This document shows positions 19,648 through 29,549 of a stretch of 64,000 bases of DNA, piece after piece. The notes below the pieces were generated by a model. It was not told the DNA's origin, ran no database searches, and saw nothing but the letters and a program-made list of their open reading frames with translations. This DNA is from Pseudobdellovibrionaceae bacterium (lineage in GTDB: Bacteria > Bdellovibrionota > Bdellovibrionia > Bdellovibrionales > UBA1609), in NCBI GenBank assembly GCA_030591685.1, contig JAUVAX010000001.1, positions 92,873 to 156,872 on the forward strand, given 5' to 3'. Position 1 is the stretch's first letter, and every line of letters starts with the position of its first letter. The position numbers and the translations under genes were made by a program.

Positions 19648-20928
19648 ATGACACTTAGTACAAAGCCCTACAAAGGCACTCGTGACTTTTACCCTGAAGA
19701 TATGGCCTTTAGAAAATGGATGTTCAGCCACCTTAAAAGTGTCGTTGAAAGCTACGGGTACAATGAGTACGAAGGCCCCATGCTTGAATCTTTTGAACTC
19801 TATGCAGCCAAAACTGGCGAAGAAATCGTCAATTCACAAATATATCATTTTGAAGACCGGGGGCAGCGCAAAGTGGCCATGCGCCCCGAAATGACTCCCA
19901 CCATGGCCCGCATGGTGGCGGGCCGCATACAAGAGCTTGCAAAACCCATCCGCTGGTACAGCCTGCCTAATTTATGGCGTTATGAAAGGCCTCAACGAGG
20001 CCGACTGCGCGAGCACTGGCAGCTTAATGTGGACCTTTTAGGTGGAGAGCGCGATTTAGCCGACAAAGAGATCATCAAAATTGCCTTTGAGTTAATTAAA
20101 AAATTTAAAGGTCAAGAACACATCAAAATACACATTAACAACCGAAAACTGGTGAACTCTTTTTTTAACGACCATTTAGGCCTAAATACAGAGCAGGCCT
20201 TACAGGCCTCCAAGGCCATCGATGCCAAAGACAAAACGGGCCCCGATAAGTTCAACCAAAGCCTCAAAGACATGGGCCTCAATGAAAACCAAATCACAAA
20301 ACTTAGTGATTTTTTTAACTCGTCCCTCGACAACCTAAATAGTAAGTACCCTTCTGAGGGGGCCACTGAGTTGGCTGATTTGTTTAATAGCTTTAAAAAT
20401 AGTGAGGTTTTTGAAAAAATAATTTTTGACCCCAGTATAATGAGAGGGCTTGATTATTATACCGGCACGGTGTTTGAGGTCTATGACACTTCTCCTGAAA
20501 ACAACAGGGCCATGTTTGGCGGTGGACGCTACGACAACCTTATTGGTTTATTTGGAAAACACCAAATCAGTGGCATAGGGTTTGGCATGGGTGACGTCAC
20601 ATTAGAAAACTTCATTAATACCCATGGCCTCGCTTGTGAAAACACAAAGCCCTCAGTGGATGCTTTTTTTGTATTACCTCACCGCAAACATATGGCTCTT
20701 ATGGATCAACTCATTGAGAAAGTTCAACTAGCCGGGCTAAGCACTGCCACATCTTTAGACACCGGTAAATTAGGTGCACAATTAAAAGTGGCCAATAAAT
20801 ACAATGCTCGTTTTGCTGTTATTTTAGGTGATGACGAAGTGAGCACTCAACAAGTGAGCGTTAAAAACCTACTCACTGGCGAACAGGTCACAGTCAGCTT
20901 TGATGGCCTGACTAAGGCCCTTAATTAA
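19648..20928 (+). CDS. hisS: Histidine--tRNA ligase
   Basis: KGTRDF, RPEMTP, RYERPQRGRLREH, RGLDYYTG, GGGRYD. Confidence 0.97.
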   Translation: MTLSTKPYKGTRDFYPEDMAFRKWMFSHLKSVVESYGYNEYEGPMLESFELYAAKTGEEIVNSQIYHFEDRGQRKVAMRPEMTPTMARMVAGRIQELAKPIRWYSLPNLWRYERPQRGRLREHWQLNVDLLGGERDLADKEIIKIAFELIKKFKGQEHIKIHINNRKLVNSFFNDHLGLNTEQALQASKAIDAKDKTGPDKFNQSLKDMGLNENQITKLSDFFNSSLDNLNSKYPSEGATELADLFNSFKNSEVFEKIIFDPSIMRGLDYYTGTVFEVYDTSPENNRAMFGGGRYDNLIGLFGKHQISGIGFGMGDVTLENFINTHGLACENTKPSVDAFFVLPHRKHMALMDQLIEKVQLAGLSTATSLDTGKLGAQLKVANKYNARFAVILGDDEVSTQQVSVKNLLTGEQVTVSFDGLTKALN

Positions 20929-20932
20929 GAGT

Positions 20933-21346
20933 TTATTTTTTATCGGCAAAGGCCAGTAGCCAGTCTTCTGTTGGGGTCACGAGCTTTCTTTTATTTAAAT
21001 CAAACATCCCTAATTTAAAGCTCGCTCGGCAGGCTATAGAGCCATCATCTTTAATCATTTCTTGGTCTATGACCCCGACCTTACCTTTAAAGGACTGAAC
21101 CTGAGTTGTAATATTAATGCGGTCGCGGGCTTTGAGCTCTTTTAAAAACTCCACCTCAAAAGATAAAATAATCGGGCCAACGTTGCTTTTAATCACCCTG
21201 TCTAAGCCGTAGCCTCTTTCGGTGATTAAGTCCCAGCGGGCCTCCTCAAATAAAGTGACATAAGAGGCGTTGTTCATATGGCCAAAAACATCTAAAAAGG
21301 TTTCTCTTATGACGTATTGTTTTTTAAATTTAATAAAATTATACAA
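20933..21346 (-). CDS. Acyl-CoA thioesterase (4HBT/YbgC hotdog fold)
   Basis: D.FGHMNNASY..LFEEAR motif. Confidence 0.85.
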   Translation of the reverse strand: MYNFIKFKKQYVIRETFLDVFGHMNNASYVTLFEEARWDLITERGYGLDRVIKSNVGPIILSFEVEFLKELKARDRINITTQVQSFKGKVGVIDQEMIKDDGSIACRASFKLGMFDLNKRKLVTPTEDWLLAFADKK

Positions 21347-21487
21347 AGTTACAACCCGTGCTCATGCTTAATTGATTACTACATCTCAAAATATATTAAG
21401 GCTTGCTATAACTATCAAGCTTTATTGATAGCTTTTTAAGGCTCACATTTGCCCCTAAGGCCATTATAGCTCTTATTTAAAAAAATA

Positions 21488-21772
21488 CTAATTGGGGCGG
21501 TTTTGGATCAACACATAGGGCTGGATAATTATAAAACAAAAAGGCTTATCATCGGCCCACGTTTTAATATCATCCAATAAGGGTTTAGTTATTAGCTTTT
21601 TATCTAACAACTCTTGAACTTCTTTAACTTGGTCCTCAGCTATGGATACACCGACTTTGACGAGGTCTAAATCTTCATTGACTAAAATAAGACCCCCTCT
21701 TTCAAAATGAGGCTTAAGAGCATGCCAGGAGGCCTTGTCTAGTTGATCTTTTAACTTATCTTCAGTGCTCAT
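21488..21772 (-). CDS. DUF2288-like small protein
   Basis: W..L.PHF.RG.L..V...LDLV.VG..IA.D...V, ending II.PYVL.Q. Confidence 0.75.
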   Translation of the reverse strand: MSTEDKLKDQLDKASWHALKPHFERGGLILVNEDLDLVKVGVSIAEDQVKEVQELLDKKLITKPLLDDIKTWADDKPFCFIIIQPYVLIQNRPN

Positions 21773-22120
21773 AAATCAGTAAGTACCATGGGTTTTTAGA
21801 GTTTAAGGTATTATTACTTAAAAATCTTAAAAAAGTCTATAACCTATTCAGATATAACAAGGGTCTATATCTAAGGGGCTCTTGTAATAAAACAAGCCCC
21901 ATAAGGCTAAAAAGGGCTCCTCAAAGTTAATTAACTATAGTCTGTGCCCTTCTAAATTAAACTCAACGAGGCTACAAATCGCCTCGTCTACATAAAAAGG
22001 TGTCTTTAGGCTGCATATATGACACTGTTTGAGTGCAAAAGATGACTATCACCCCATAATATGCCAACACTTTTAAGTATGGGTTATATTTTCAAAGCCT
22101 GAAGCACGTATAGGACAAAC

Positions 22121-22708
22121 ATGAAACCAAAACAAATAAGACCTTATTTATTACTCGCCCTGTTACTTGGGCTTGGTTTATTAGCTTTAAATCAATTTTT
22201 ATATCTCAACAAAAGCATGGGCCCCCTTTCAATAAATCCACAGCTCACTAAAAGGACCCAAAACATAAAGACTCTGTTTAAAAACATAGACAAAAAAACA
22301 CAAACTCAATTAGCAAAAATGCTTTTAAGTACCCGCAGTGACGCTGTCACTGAAGTCACACTAGATAGCTTGCGAACAAGCACAGCTGACTCTTCACTTT
22401 TAGCCCCCCTACTTCAAGAGTTTCAGCGAACTCATAGCGGGCTTTTACAGCTGGCTTTATTTATTGAAATGTATCGTTACTCAGACTCTCACAAAAGTTT
22501 AAATGCTATTAACCAAGCTGTGGCTAACAAAATTAGTCAAAAACCCCACTTATCAAATCAACTATTTTTAAAGCGAAGCGTTCGTCATATTAATAGCTCC
22601 AACATACAGGCCTTTAAAATGGCGAACAAAAAATTACCCAAAAATCACCCTAATAAATATTTAGTGCGTTTTATTTTAAATCAAAACAAAAACGTCGCGA
22701 GTCAGTAG
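22121..22708 (+). CDS. Hypothetical protein with N-terminal TM anchor
   Basis: 195-aa ORF, AGGA RBS, hydrophobic N-terminus. Confidence 0.55.
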   Translation: MKPKQIRPYLLLALLLGLGLLALNQFLYLNKSMGPLSINPQLTKRTQNIKTLFKNIDKKTQTQLAKMLLSTRSDAVTEVTLDSLRTSTADSSLLAPLLQEFQRTHSGLLQLALFIEMYRYSDSHKSLNAINQAVANKISQKPHLSNQLFLKRSVRHINSSNIQAFKMANKKLPKNHPNKYLVRFILNQNKNVASQ

Positions 22709-22759
22709 TTAATTTTCAACAGTTAATTTCAACAATTAATTTCACTAATTAATTTTACT
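22707..22759. repeat. Four degenerate tandem 13-14-nt units (A[G/A]TTAATTT(T)CAAC/ACT)
   Basis: AGTTAATTTTCAAC, AGTTAATTTCAAC, AATTAATTTCACT, AATTAATTTTACT back to back. Confidence 0.6.
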
Positions 22760-22885
22760 CAACAAAACACCTCTTTTTTTATGTTCAATGCTCTAGTGCC
22801 GTACAAGAGGAAACCTTTGCAATCCTGAGGCGTCGTTTAATCGGGCTCTACTGATCCATAGCCCTCTACTTTGTTAACAAAAAAA

Positions 22886-23611
22886 TTATTGAAAGACCGT
22901 GCCCAAAACATTGTAGTTAAAATGAGCGGACTCAGCACTTGAGAGCCAAAAGGGCTCTTTAAGCCCCTCTTTACTTGATTCAGCAACAATATCACTCACT
23001 GCCAATAAATTGTGTGTTAAAAACTGCTCGTTAATAACAATTTTTAAAGCTCTCAACTCTTTTTTAGTGAGCTGGCCCTCTAGGTTACTTAGGTGTGAAA
23101 ACACCGACCCTGTTTTATCTTTCACAGCTTTTATAAGGAGTTTTCGGCTGAGTTTTTGTAATGAACGAACCTCAAGTTTAGTAAAGTTATACTCACAGTT
23201 ATGTTTTCGGCATATGCCCCCCAAAGACTGTTCTACTAAAGTGAGTCGTAAAAAAGGGCTCATGCCATTGTTGGGCGCAAGCAAGTGGTTTGGTAAATCA
23301 AACGGCACTTTGACCTGAGGCTGATTAACACTTAATGACTCTGGTATCGGGATACGAGCTAACACCCGACCCCTCTCTTGAACCTGTAGACTTAATAAGT
23401 TTTGAGGTTGAGGCGAAAAAAACAATTGCTCCGCCGTTGAGTTTAAATATATAAGCTCAACGAGAACGGCCAACTCAAGCCCCCCAGGAAACCCATAAAG
23501 GTCCACTAAATTGCCCTTATCTATGTGATCTACAGACAACGTCAGTGTCACAGCCTTTGCTGGCCCGCTAAGAAAAGTAAGTAATAAAATGTGTAATAAA
23601 AAAACCCTCAT
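22886..23611 (-). CDS. Hypothetical secreted protein
   Basis: Signal peptide ending PAKA; no family recognised. Confidence 0.55.
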   Translation of the reverse strand: MRVFLLHILLLTFLSGPAKAVTLTLSVDHIDKGNLVDLYGFPGGLELAVLVELIYLNSTAEQLFFSPQPQNLLSLQVQERGRVLARIPIPESLSVNQPQVKVPFDLPNHLLAPNNGMSPFLRLTLVEQSLGGICRKHNCEYNFTKLEVRSLQKLSRKLLIKAVKDKTGSVFSHLSNLEGQLTKKELRALKIVINEQFLTHNLLAVSDIVAESSKEGLKEPFWLSSAESAHFNYNVLGTVFQ

Positions 23612-23692
23612 GACGACAAGAACATACCTTTAAATAGGCCCTTTATTAAGCGATTAGTTAATTATCTAAAGGTTTTAAAAAAAATTCAGCCC

Positions 23693-24994
23693 CTACTTTT
23701 TGTAAATTTTCTGTAAAACAGACATTTGCCCGTCGTAGGGGGCTTCAGTGCTGAGGCCTAATATTTTAAGTATCAAAGGGTATATATGTATATTTTTAAA
23801 GCTATACACCTTTTGAGGCACAATATTAGGCCCTTGGGCATAAAATATACCATGCATGTTTTTATTTTTATCCGGGTCCCAGCCGTGGGTGGATCTCTTT
23901 TTAAAGGCTAAACTCTTGAGTGACTCTAGAAACCTTTTACTCTTAGTCAGGTAATAACCATCATTTGCGGCAATAACAATATCCCCAACCCTTTTAGAGC
24001 GCCTGTAGTTAAAGCTTTGAGGCAGCTCGTGTCGGCAGTAAACCCCTGCGATGGGGGTCGTACGTTTGCGAGTGATTTGGTCTGACTTAAAAAAATCTTT
24101 TAATTTTTTATATAATTTTTGTTTTTTGTTTGTATTGGGCTCATGAACGCTGATTAAAGTCCCCGTGCCTACTGTGCGCGTGCTCTCAAAACCTTTAAAG
24201 GCCGATGTAATATTTAGGGTTTTTTGAGAGTCAATGGCCTGCATGCCGTGGTCTGAAACTAAAAAGATATTCACAGGTAAGCCGGTGGCCTTTACGCCCT
24301 TTATTAAAGCGTCAATATGTGTATCCACCTCTAGTACCGCTTGTTTGACCTCTAAAGACTCAGGGCCATAAGAGTGGCCGGCAGAATCAACAGTTGAAAA
24401 ATAAACTGTTAAAAAATGCGGGCGCTTTGATAATGGTAACTTTAACCATTTTATTATTTGGGTCACCCGAACAGAATTAGGGGTGGAGTGCTTATAACTC
24501 TTAAAATATGTAGGGCGAGAGCCGTTGATTTTAATTTCAGAGCCCACCCAAAAATAGCTAGCCGCCTTTAGGCCCGCTTTTTCAGCAACATTCCATAGAG
24601 GGTCCCCTTTGTAAAAGCGGGGGTCTAAAATACTGGCTTCGCCAATTTTATAAGACTTTTGTAAATCGGGGGCCCAAAACTCATTACTCACTATACCGTG
24701 AAAATCGGCATAACGACCCGTAACTATAGAGTAATGATTAGGGAACGTTTTAGAGGGGAATACGGGGATCAAGGACTCCGCACGCGCGCCCTTATTAGCA
24801 AAGCTTGAAATGTGCGGGGGCTTAAATTTTTGAGTATAGTCATACCTATACCCATCAATTGAAATTAAAAGCACATAGGGCTGTTTAGCGGCCTCAAACT
24901 TTTCAGCGGCATAACAGTTATTAAACCCAAGTAAAACACTAAAAATAAAGACGATTAAAAATATATAACTTTTAAATTTATAAAACATAATCAC
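23693..24994 (-). CDS. Nucleotide pyrophosphatase/phosphodiesterase (alkaline phosphatase superfamily), exported
   Basis: LISIDGYR, PSKTFPNHYSIVTG, DSAGH, VSDHGM, HGW. Confidence 0.9.
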   Translation of the reverse strand: MIMFYKFKSYIFLIVFIFSVLLGFNNCYAAEKFEAAKQPYVLLISIDGYRYDYTQKFKPPHISSFANKGARAESLIPVFPSKTFPNHYSIVTGRYADFHGIVSNEFWAPDLQKSYKIGEASILDPRFYKGDPLWNVAEKAGLKAASYFWVGSEIKINGSRPTYFKSYKHSTPNSVRVTQIIKWLKLPLSKRPHFLTVYFSTVDSAGHSYGPESLEVKQAVLEVDTHIDALIKGVKATGLPVNIFLVSDHGMQAIDSQKTLNITSAFKGFESTRTVGTGTLISVHEPNTNKKQKLYKKLKDFFKSDQITRKRTTPIAGVYCRHELPQSFNYRRSKRVGDIVIAANDGYYLTKSKRFLESLKSLAFKKRSTHGWDPDKNKNMHGIFYAQGPNIVPQKVYSFKNIHIYPLILKILGLSTEAPYDGQMSVLQKIYKK

Positions 24995-25020
24995 CGTCTC
25001 TTTTGTTTTGTCTATTTAGA

Positions 25021-25491
25021 CTATTTAACCTCAACCCCAGAGGCTATAAACCGAAATACTTTTTTAGGCTTAAGTTTTGCCTTTAATTGGCTTGTAGGCG
25101 CGCCTTCGTCACTTAAAAAATGTCTTTGCTCTTTTGTGTTTATTAACTTTTGAGTGATCACACCCTGAATAAGGGCTGATTTATTTAAAATATTTTGAGG
25201 CACTGTAAAGGCGTAGTCCTTAAATAAAACTCGGACTGTTTGTTTTTTAGGGCTCTCTATAACCATCCAACACCCTTTTTTTTGACACACCTTTTTAACT
25301 CGGCCTGAAACTATAACTGTTTTTTTATCAAACTGCTCAAAGTCACTCATTAGACTCTCTAAGGGGGTTGGGGCCCCCTCTAGGCTTAGAGCCTCACCAT
25401 AAATACCTGGCTGCGATGAGTTTACTGATAGCCCTAACAAAAGAGAGCTTAAAAAAAATAATCGTTTTATTAGTAATAACACTGCGCACAC
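25021..25491 (-). CDS. DUF4920-like exported protein
   Basis: VCQKKGCWM and V.FKDYAF.VP signature. Confidence 0.75.
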   Translation of the reverse strand: MCAVLLLIKRLFFLSSLLLGLSVNSSQPGIYGEALSLEGAPTPLESLMSDFEQFDKKTVIVSGRVKKVCQKKGCWMVIESPKKQTVRVLFKDYAFTVPQNILNKSALIQGVITQKLINTKEQRHFLSDEGAPTSQLKAKLKPKKVFRFIASGVEVK

Positions 25492-25666
25492 CCCGCTTTG
25501 AGTACCCTGCTTTGAACCCTACAATTAAACTACTTATAGCACTCACATCTAAAAGAGTCTTTAGCAGTTGAGTCAACCATAACCGACTGTAATTACACAT
25601 AAAATTTATTTAAATTGACCTGTTTTTAGGCTTTCCCTTCAGCCCTTATAGCCTTACAATAATCTC

Positions 25667-26995
25667 ATGCTTAATTTGCCATTATTTTGTAACCATATTA
25701 TTGAACAAATCGACCCCTGCTTAGAGCTTAAAGACCACCTCAAGCTCTCTGGCCATACCCTAAGTGTCTACGATAAGAGTTTTGATTTAAGCCGTTTTAA
25801 ATCTATACAAATTTTAGGCCTTGGTAAGGCGGCCTTTAAGCAAGTTCAGTGGGTTTATGACCTGCTGTCTAATGAGAAACATTTAAAAACCCCTCTTGTG
25901 GTCACCAAATATGAACACTCTGAGTCCTCAAGTAAGTTTGAGGTCATTGAAAGCTCCCACCCGCTCAGTGATGAAAACTCTCTCAAAGCGGGCGCACGGG
26001 TAAAGGAGCTTGTCTCTAGCCTCTCTAAAGAGGACCTGCTTATTGTGTGCCTCTCCGGCGGGGCCTCTAGTTTAGCTCTTTTACCGCCGGGTGACTTAAC
26101 TCTTAATGACATTAACTCCACCTGCAAAGAACTATTATGGGGCAACGCACCCGTTGAAGAAATCAACGCCCTTCGGCGGCAAATATGTGAGCTTAAAAAT
26201 GGCGGCACTCTGGCCCTGTGTTCAGCAGATACTGTCATTAGTTTATTGATTAATGATATCCCCACTGGGGACATCACAGACATTGGCTCGGGACCCACTT
26301 TTTTTAAAGCCCTTAACTCAGAGGACTTGCCTTTACTAAGGGACACCCCTAGCTCTAAAAAACTCACTGAGTTTGTTAACTCCCCTGAAAATAAAGAACT
26401 TAATCAGATTAAAAAACAAAAATCTGAAGCCATTGACCACAGCTTTTTTTCAGTTACGGACCTCTCTCATGCTCTGAGTATTGCTCAACGAGAGCTTAAG
26501 GCCCTAGAGTATAGTACTTTTTTACTGCCCGAAGACCTTGACGAACAGGATTTCAATAAAGGTGTCCAAAACCAGCTCCAGTATTTTAAAACACTCATTG
26601 AGTCCCAAAAAAAGCCCACGGCCTTAGTTTCAGCGGGTGAGTACCGTTTAGTCATCCCCGAAGAGGGCAGCTTAGGGGGGCGAAACCAGCATTTTACCCT
26701 TACTTTAATACATGAACTGTTTCAGTTAAACTCCCTCCAGCTCTCAGAGGATCAGTTAAAATGCATTCAGTTTTTAAGCTTAGGCACTGACGGCACTGAC
26801 GGCCCTACAAAGTCTGCGGGGGCTTACTTTGAGTGGGAGATGTTTAAACTGGTAAACCCCCAGACCATCCAAAAACACCTGGCTGAGTTTACAAGTTTTG
26901 AGTTTTTTAAATCCTACGGGGGGCATATATTTACAGGCCCCACTCAAAACAACCTCAATGACTTAAGAGTAATTATGTACAACCCCAACGCATAA
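25667..26995 (+). CDS. Glycerate kinase type 2 (DUF4147/MOFRL family)
   Basis: GLGKAA, SSHP, LSGGASSL, IGSGPT, GGRNQH, GTDGTDGPT..AGA, TGPT.NNLND. Confidence 0.85.
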   Translation: MLNLPLFCNHIIEQIDPCLELKDHLKLSGHTLSVYDKSFDLSRFKSIQILGLGKAAFKQVQWVYDLLSNEKHLKTPLVVTKYEHSESSSKFEVIESSHPLSDENSLKAGARVKELVSSLSKEDLLIVCLSGGASSLALLPPGDLTLNDINSTCKELLWGNAPVEEINALRRQICELKNGGTLALCSADTVISLLINDIPTGDITDIGSGPTFFKALNSEDLPLLRDTPSSKKLTEFVNSPENKELNQIKKQKSEAIDHSFFSVTDLSHALSIAQRELKALEYSTFLLPEDLDEQDFNKGVQNQLQYFKTLIESQKKPTALVSAGEYRLVIPEEGSLGGRNQHFTLTLIHELFQLNSLQLSEDQLKCIQFLSLGTDGTDGPTKSAGAYFEWEMFKLVNPQTIQKHLAEFTSFEFFKSYGGHIFTGPTQNNLNDLRVIMYNPNA

Positions 26996-27073
26996 CTCAC
27001 CGCATCCTTTAAACTATTAAATTTAATTGAATATTACACATAAGATTTTTATAACTTTCACTCTCATGTTTGT

Positions 27074-27150
27074 GGCGGTCGTAGCTCAGTTGGTAGAGTC
27101 CCGGATTGTGATTCCGGTTGTCGCGGGTTCAAGCCCCGTCGATCGCCCCA
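27074..27150 (+). tRNA. tRNA-His (GUG) with G-1 and encoded CCA
   Basis: G-GCGGTCG acceptor pairs with CGATCGC-C-CCA; D-arm AGCTCAGTTGGTAGAGT; anticodon arm CCGGA-TTGTGAT-TCCGG; T-arm GCGGG-TTCAAGC-CCCGT. Confidence 0.96.
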
Positions 27151-27184
27151 TTTAGTTTTTACCCTGGAGTTATAAAGGAAGTAA

Positions 27185-28383
27185 GTGATTAAAACGATTA
27201 ACAAGAGGTCTCAATCACTTAGGTCCGATCAGCTTTCTTCACCATCATACAAAACCACAAAGCATCACAGAAATTGGCCACGAACCGGGCAATGTTTGAC
27301 CACCTTGGTTTTTATCTTATTTTCTCCACTCGCTTTTGCCGGAGTCCAAATAGAGGTCACTTACCTAGAGCCCGCTGACATTTTTGACATCATGGACAAT
27401 GTCAGTCAATGGTGGCCGGGATTTACTGAAATTGAATATCAAAAGCATTGGGAAAAGAAGTTTGGCTCAAACGTGAAGGATAAGGAGCTGCTTAAGAAAT
27501 ATGGCTCTTTCAGGGAGAAATACTATGACGACCCTGACCAAAAGGAAAAAGACCCTCTTAAAAACAGGAATGGGTTCTTCTCAACCCTCGGTGCAATCAA
27601 TGCCGACCCAGTGGCCGAGGCTTTTTACTCTTCCAACTCAGTGACTGAGGCCTATGGCAAACTTAGAAAAACAATAACATCGGATGAGATTGGATTTTTG
27701 AAAGGCTTTTATAAGCACTTTGAGTCTCGATATTCCCAGCTTACCGATGAAAGTAAGAAAGGGTTTCCCAAAGCTGTCGCCCTAGTAAAAAAAGGCACCT
27801 CAAAAAAAGGAATAAGGGAATAAGGGAATAAGGGAATAAGGGAATAAGGGAATACTTTGAAAGAGTGGCAGACTTTTACAATGTAAAAGTCGATGTCACA
27901 TACACTGTTATTTACGTGTGGTGGCCTCCACTTAATCGAACCAATGCCTCTCCAACAGGAAAATACTTGGTTATGAGATACAACCCAGTAAAGCATTCCA
28001 AATATGATGGCAGTGACATCGTCATGCATGAAATTGTCCACACTATTTCAGCCAAACAATCCTTAAAGCAAAAACAAATTCTGACAAAAGAGTTTCTCAA
28101 TAAATGTAATATCAATGGGAAAATTAAAAGGCTAAGAATACTTGAAGAGCCTCTTGCTGTGGTTTTTGGACAAATGCTCTTTATAAAGCAGTTCATCCCC
28201 AATAAATTTCGATTCGACAGCAATTGGTATAGCAAACCCTGGGTAAGAATGTTTGCAAAACTGTCCATGCCCATCGTTGAAGAAACTTTTAAGGCCGGCA
28301 AGTCGATTACCGACAAACTTATACCAAGGCTTTCGAAAATCTGTGCTGAAGCAGTGCGGGTATCCACTCAACTTGCAAAATAA
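27185..28383 (+). pseudogene. Exported HEXXH (zincin-like) protein split into two ORFs (27185-27823, 27865-28383) by an 8-bp repeat expansion
   Basis: Removing four of five AAGGGAAT units gives the continuous reading KKGIREYFERVADFY; signal-like SPLAFA in part 1; IVMHEIVH plus downstream EE in part 2; true start uncertain. Confidence 0.75.
27814..27853 (+). repeat. (AAGGGAAT)5 tandem repeat
   Basis: Five perfect copies preceded by an imperfect AAAGGAAT (27806-27813). Confidence 0.95.
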
Positions 28384-28535
28384 GTTTTTTCATATTGTGC
28401 ATGTGTGGAAGGGGGACCGAAGTAAAATGGGTAACGGAGCCATGTCGCCAAAGAGGACATACAGCAACAAATCGAACTATCTATTTAATATCACAAAGTA
28501 ATTAAAAAGCTTAAGAACATAGGTGAAAACTAATT

Positions 28536-28590
28536 TAAAGGCTCCGTCACTCAAACTGTAAAGGCTCCGTCACTCAAACTGCTCAAACTA
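28536..28590. repeat. 23-bp tandem duplication TAAAGGCTCCGTCACTCAAACTG x2 plus a partial third copy
   Basis: Copies at 28536-28558 and 28559-28581, then CTCAAACT. Confidence 0.9.
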
Positions 28591-28692
28591 TTTTTTGTTA
28601 AAAAAACAAGTTAAAACTAAGTTGATCGGGCTTAAGATTTTAGGGCCCTAATAACGAGCACCAATTTTTTTAGTTATTTCAAGGGCTACAAT

Positions 28693-29214
28693 TTAGTCGA
28701 CGGACTCAGAATCTTCAAGTTTGGCCGAAACGGTAGTCGTACCACCAATTTGAAGCTCAACTCCATGCGTATCACATTTAATCATAGGAATATCTGATCC
28801 TGGACCGGATAAAATTCTCTCACACAAAACAGCTTGTGTAGCAACCATCTGGTTCACCAAGTTTACATTGTCGGTATTGTAGTGTCGGGCTATATTTTGA
28901 ACTTCAAAACCTAAACCCAAGCGAATTAATTTATAGTTACAGTCGACAAGCATCCTACTGCGTAAATTATGTGGCACTACAACAGAGCCATTCACCGCAT
29001 AATAGGGCTCAAATTTCATCTTTCTGACTACTCGACCCGACCCTTCATCGATCTTACGTGTCTTACACCACCTGGAATCACTCTGTGCTCGATAGGTTGC
29101 ATCGATAACGGGCGAAAGTGAAGAGCCCTCCTCAACCTTAATTGTTGTCAACATTTCAGCTGATACAAAGCATGAGGTTGATAAAAAAGAGAAGAGTATA
29201 AAGAGTTTTGTCAT
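28693..29214 (-). CDS. Hypothetical secreted protein
   Basis: AAGGA RBS, signal peptide ending VSA, four Cys in the mature part. Confidence 0.65.
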   Translation of the reverse strand: MTKLFILFSFLSTSCFVSAEMLTTIKVEEGSSLSPVIDATYRAQSDSRWCKTRKIDEGSGRVVRKMKFEPYYAVNGSVVVPHNLRSRMLVDCNYKLIRLGLGFEVQNIARHYNTDNVNLVNQMVATQAVLCERILSGPGSDIPMIKCDTHGVELQIGGTTTVSAKLEDSESVD

Positions 29215-29301
29215 AAAACCAGTCCTTTAGTTATTGTTTGATCTGAATATGTTTTTTTAAATTCATTTTTAAAAAAACATTAAAACTTATGACACCTTCA
29301 G

Positions 29302-29317
29302 TGCAAAACCTATGCCG
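29302..29317 (-). promoter_or_regulatory. sigma54 promoter candidate
   Basis: Minus strand CGGCAT-AGGTT-TTGCA, about 90 nt upstream of ATG 29214. Confidence 0.55.
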
Positions 29318-29549
29318 GGGCTAGCTGGCGTTATACGGCTTAAGGAGCTGCCAAGAGGAGTGACAATGCTAACTTTAGGCGATCTATAGCCCAAAAAAGT
29401 AAAAAATCTTTAGAATAACTGGTCTCTTCTTCATATTAATCTACACCGGGTAACATGTAACGGTTCAGACCTGATCGTACAGTTGCCCTTTTAGCCATCA
29501 GTTAATATTTATACTGTCTGTAAGTTAAAATCTAGATTCTTTTTTTCGT

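Noticed and set aside
27806..28590. CRISPR array suggested by short repeats
   Set aside because: Repeats are directly tandem with no spacers, and there are no cas genes in the window.
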